The position numbers were made by a program, and so were the translations under genes. This document shows positions 61,321 to 64,000 of a DNA stretch of 64,000 nucleotides, piece by piece; within the stretch, counting starts at the first letter, position 1; each line of letters begins with the position of its first letter. This DNA is from Trueperaceae bacterium. Its GTDB lineage: Bacteria > Deinococcota > Deinococci > Deinococcales > Trueperaceae. The stretch spans positions 183,229-247,228 of the forward strand of contig JBBDRD010000035.1 in assembly GCA_040905665.1 (NCBI GenBank), read 5' to 3'. Under the pieces are notes generated by a model. That model ran no database searches. It saw only the letters and a list, made by a program, of their open reading frames with translations, and had not been told where the DNA came from.

Positions 61321-61424
61321 GTTTGCTACTTCTTCCTGACTATTTTTTGCGGGCGGCGTATATGCCGCCATTGAACCGACACGCTATCGAGCGATAGCCA
61401 GAGTGGAATGAAGAAGGAGAGACA

Positions 61425-63656
61425 GTGAACGTACCGGAAGGCAAACGCTATACCACCATGCTAGGCGGCCGAGAGCTGAGCCTGGAGACAGGCAAATACG
61501 CCAAACAGGTCTCCGGCAGCGTGCTCGCGCGCTACGGCGACACAATGGTGCTGGTCACGGCTCAGATGTCCGATGACACGAGCCCCATGAACTTCTTGCC
61601 CCTCACCGTCGAGTACGAGGAGCGGCATTACGCGATAGGAAAGATCCCGGGATCCTTCCTGCGGCGCGAGGGGCGGCCGGGAACGCAGGCCACCCTCAAC
61701 GCTCGACTCATCGACCGGCAGATCCGGCCGCTCTTCCCCAAGAGCCTGCGCAACGAGATACAGGTAATTGTGACGGTGCTCGCCGCCGATCAGAAGAACG
61801 ACCCGGCGCCGATCGCCGCCATTGCGGCATCTGCAGCTCTAGGCCTTTCCGACATTCCCTGGAACGGACCCACCGCCTGCGGCAGCGTGGGTTATATCGA
61901 CGGGGAATACGTTTTGAATCCCACGTTTCAGCAGATCGAGGAAGGCTCGCAGCTCGAGCTGACCGTCGCCACCACGCAGGACGCGGTGCTGATGGTAGAG
62001 GCCTCGGCCGATGAACTGCCCGAGGATGTGATGGTCGGGGCGATAGAGTTCGCACAGGCGGAACTCGCTAGCGTAACCGAACTCATCGCGCGCATGCGTG
62101 AGGACGCTGGCCACCCGAAACGCGCCTATACCGCGCCCAGCGAGCTGTCGCAGGAACTCATCGACGATATGGCGCGCCGGGCCCGTGAGGCCGGTTTGCG
62201 TGACGCGCTGCTCACCAAGGGCAAGCACGAGCGAAGCGAAGCCATCAAGTCTCTGCGTAACCGGATAATCGAACAGCAGGTGCCCGACGCTCAAGCCGAA
62301 GGCGCGAAGGAGCGGCTCCAGGAGCTCAAGGCCGCCTACGGCAAGGCCGAGCAGGCGGAACTGCGCCAGTTGGTGATCGAGGAGGGTCTGCGTACCGATG
62401 GTCGCCAGCCATCCGACATCAGGCCAATCTGGATCGAAGTTGGGATGCTGCCCACGGCTCATGGATCGGCAGTGTTCACCAGGGGCGAAACTCAGGTTCT
62501 GGCGGTCGCCACCCTGGGAACCGGGCGCAGCAATCGGTTGGTCGACGACCTCGGCCTGGAAGACACCGAAGAGTTCATGCTCCATTACAACTTTCCGCCC
62601 TACTCCACCGGTGAGGCAAAGCGATTGCGCGGAGTCTCCCGTCGCGAGTTGGGCCACGGCAACCTGGCGCGACGCTCGTTGGAGCGGATGATCCCCTCGC
62701 AGGAAGCTTTCCCCTACGTTATTCGCGTGGTTGGTGAGACCCTGGAGTCGAACGGCTCGAGCTCGATGGCAACTGTTTGCGCCTCGAGCTTGGCGCTGAT
62801 GGACGCCGGCGTTCCGATTCGCAAGCCGGTCGCCGGAATCGCCATGGGTCTGGTGAAGGAGGGGGAGCGCTTCAAGATCCTCTCCGACATCCTAGGTTCC
62901 GAAGATGCGTTGGGCGACATGGACTTCAAGGTGACCGGTAGCCGTGACGGCGTGACCGCGCTGCAGATGGACATCAAGATCTCGGGCATCAATGCCGACA
63001 TCATGCGTCAGGCGCTCGATCAGGCTCGCGCCGGTCGGCTTCACATCCTCGGCATCATGGGAGACGTACTACCCACCTCCCGATCCGAGCTCTCGCAGAA
63101 CGCTCCCCGAATCGTCACCGTGAAGATTCCTGTCGACAAGATCGGTTCGATAATTGGACCGGGCGGGAAGCAGATCCGCGAGCTCGAGGCGCTGGGCGTA
63201 AGCGTCGAAGTGGGCGAGGACGGCAATATCAAGCTCTACAGCGAGGACTCCGGGGCAGCCGCCGAGGTGCGCCGCCGCATCGAGGAGCTAACCGCCGTTG
63301 CCGAGGTCGGTAAGGTCTACCAGGGAACGATTGCCAAGGTCGTCGACTTTGGCGCCTTCGTCAACCTCTTCGCCGGCACCGATGGCCTCCTGCACATCTC
63401 ACAGATCGCCGAAGAGCGCGTCGAGAACGTCTCCGATCACCTCCGTGAGGGTGAGCGGATCGAGGTCAAGGTAAACAGCATCGACGACCGAGGAAAGATA
63501 GACCTCGTTCGACCGGAGCTCGAGGGCAAGATCGCCCCGCGTCGCAGTGGCGGCGGGGGACGGCCCGATCGCGGTGGACGAGACGGTCCCCGCGGTGGCC
63601 GGGGGCCTTCAGGTGGAGGGGATCGTGGGGACCGCGGAGGACGCGACCGGCGCTAG
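61425..63656 (+). CDS. pnp: Polyribonucleotide nucleotidyltransferase (PNPase) with a Gly/Arg-rich C-terminal tail.
   Basis: Two RNase PH domains, KH and S1 domains; tail [38 protein letters not shown]. Confidence 0.95.
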   Translation: MNVPEGKRYTTMLGGRELSLETGKYAKQVSGSVLARYGDTMVLVTAQMSDDTSPMNFLPLTVEYEERHYAIGKIPGSFLRREGRPGTQATLNARLIDRQIRPLFPKSLRNEIQVIVTVLAADQKNDPAPIAAIAASAALGLSDIPWNGPTACGSVGYIDGEYVLNPTFQQIEEGSQLELTVATTQDAVLMVEASADELPEDVMVGAIEFAQAELASVTELIARMREDAGHPKRAYTAPSELSQELIDDMARRAREAGLRDALLTKGKHERSEAIKSLRNRIIEQQVPDAQAEGAKERLQELKAAYGKAEQAELRQLVIEEGLRTDGRQPSDIRPIWIEVGMLPTAHGSAVFTRGETQVLAVATLGTGRSNRLVDDLGLEDTEEFMLHYNFPPYSTGEAKRLRGVSRRELGHGNLARRSLERMIPSQEAFPYVIRVVGETLESNGSSSMATVCASSLALMDAGVPIRKPVAGIAMGLVKEGERFKILSDILGSEDALGDMDFKVTGSRDGVTALQMDIKISGINADIMRQALDQARAGRLHILGIMGDVLPTSRSELSQNAPRIVTVKIPVDKIGSIIGPGGKQIRELEALGVSVEVGEDGNIKLYSEDSGAAAEVRRRIEELTAVAEVGKVYQGTIAKVVDFGAFVNLFAGTDGLLHISQIAEERVENVSDHLREGERIEVKVNSIDDRGKIDLVRPELEGKIAPRRSGGGGRPDRGGRDGPRGGRGPSGGGDRGDRGGRDRR

Positions 63657-63886
63657 CTATACTCTGCTCGACGATGTGATCCCGTTTGGGTCGGTCCTGC
63701 ACTGTGTAAGCAGTTACCGGCCCGAAGCGCCACACCGTTGCAGGCAAATGGTGGCACGCCAAGAAGAGCAAATACCAGGAATGATCCATTTCCAACCGGC
63801 GGGCGGAGCGCCTCTGCAGACGCAGGGGCACGGCTCCAGTTCGTACGGCATGGAATTGGTGGAGTAGGAAAGACCAGAGGAGCCTC

Positions 63887-64000
63887 ATGGCAAAGAAAGA
63901 TGAACGGAGCCTGCGCATCATCCCACTAGGAGGGATGGGCGAAATTGGCAAGAACATGTTCGCATTCCAGTACGAGGACGAGATTCTCATGGTCGACGGC
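63887..64000 (+). CDS. rnj: Ribonuclease J (metallo-beta-lactamase RNase), N-terminal fragment; continues past the window end.
   Basis: MAKKDERSLRIIPLGGMGEIGKNMFAFQYEDEILMVDG is the canonical RNase J N-terminus. Confidence 0.75.
   Translation, partial: MAKKDERSLRIIPLGGMGEIGKNMFAFQYEDEILMVDG

Overview
High-GC (~65%) bacterial chromosome segment. Gene content (HspR-DnaJ, LuxS, PriA, RNase J, leaderless -10 boxes) suggests a Deinococcus-Thermus-like organism, but this is an impression, not a confirmed assignment.

The window has three parts.

(1) 1-8.1 kb, housekeeping: two lipoproteins, a dnaJ-hspR heat-shock pair, an M20 peptidase, smc and birA.

(2) ~8.15-19.8 kb, an accessory island packed with type II toxin-antitoxin (TA) modules:
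- copZ-csoR copper module.
- Two divergent mazEF-like pairs; one toxin is frameshifted.
- Several vapBC / phd-vapC pairs.
- A decayed duplicate of one vapBC pair.
- A truncated vapC remnant overlapped by a convergent intact vapBC.
- An orphan phd fragment.
- A GNAT acetyltransferase, a SAM methyltransferase and a 239-aa protein with no recognisable domain.
- A tyrosine integrase.
- An Xre(DUF2384)-RES pair whose RES toxin has no canonical start codon.

No tRNA gene or att site could be identified by eye at the island edges.

(3) 20-64 kb, conserved core:
- hisS-aspS, a HAD hydrolase and asnS.
- GerMN, an amidase and smpB in one minus-strand operon.
- priA, purM, an SPFH protein, a histidine-kinase / response-regulator pair, luxS, a NYN protein, an MFS transporter, ligA and a BMP substrate-binding protein.
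- An RNase P RNA (rnpB).
- A long dcw cell-wall/division cluster: mraZ-rsmH-ftsL-ftsI-murF-mraY-murD-ftsW-murG-murC-murB-ftsQ-ftsA-ftsZ. It notably lacks murE and ddl.
- A NUDIX hydrolase, ribF, an XRE regulator, rlmB, an S9 peptidase, the rpsO-pnp operon with its leader hairpin, and the start of RNase J.

No CRISPR array or rRNA was seen. Most novelty lies in the TA island: duplication, decay and nesting of modules, orphan antitoxins, an unusual RES start, and uncharacterised cargo.
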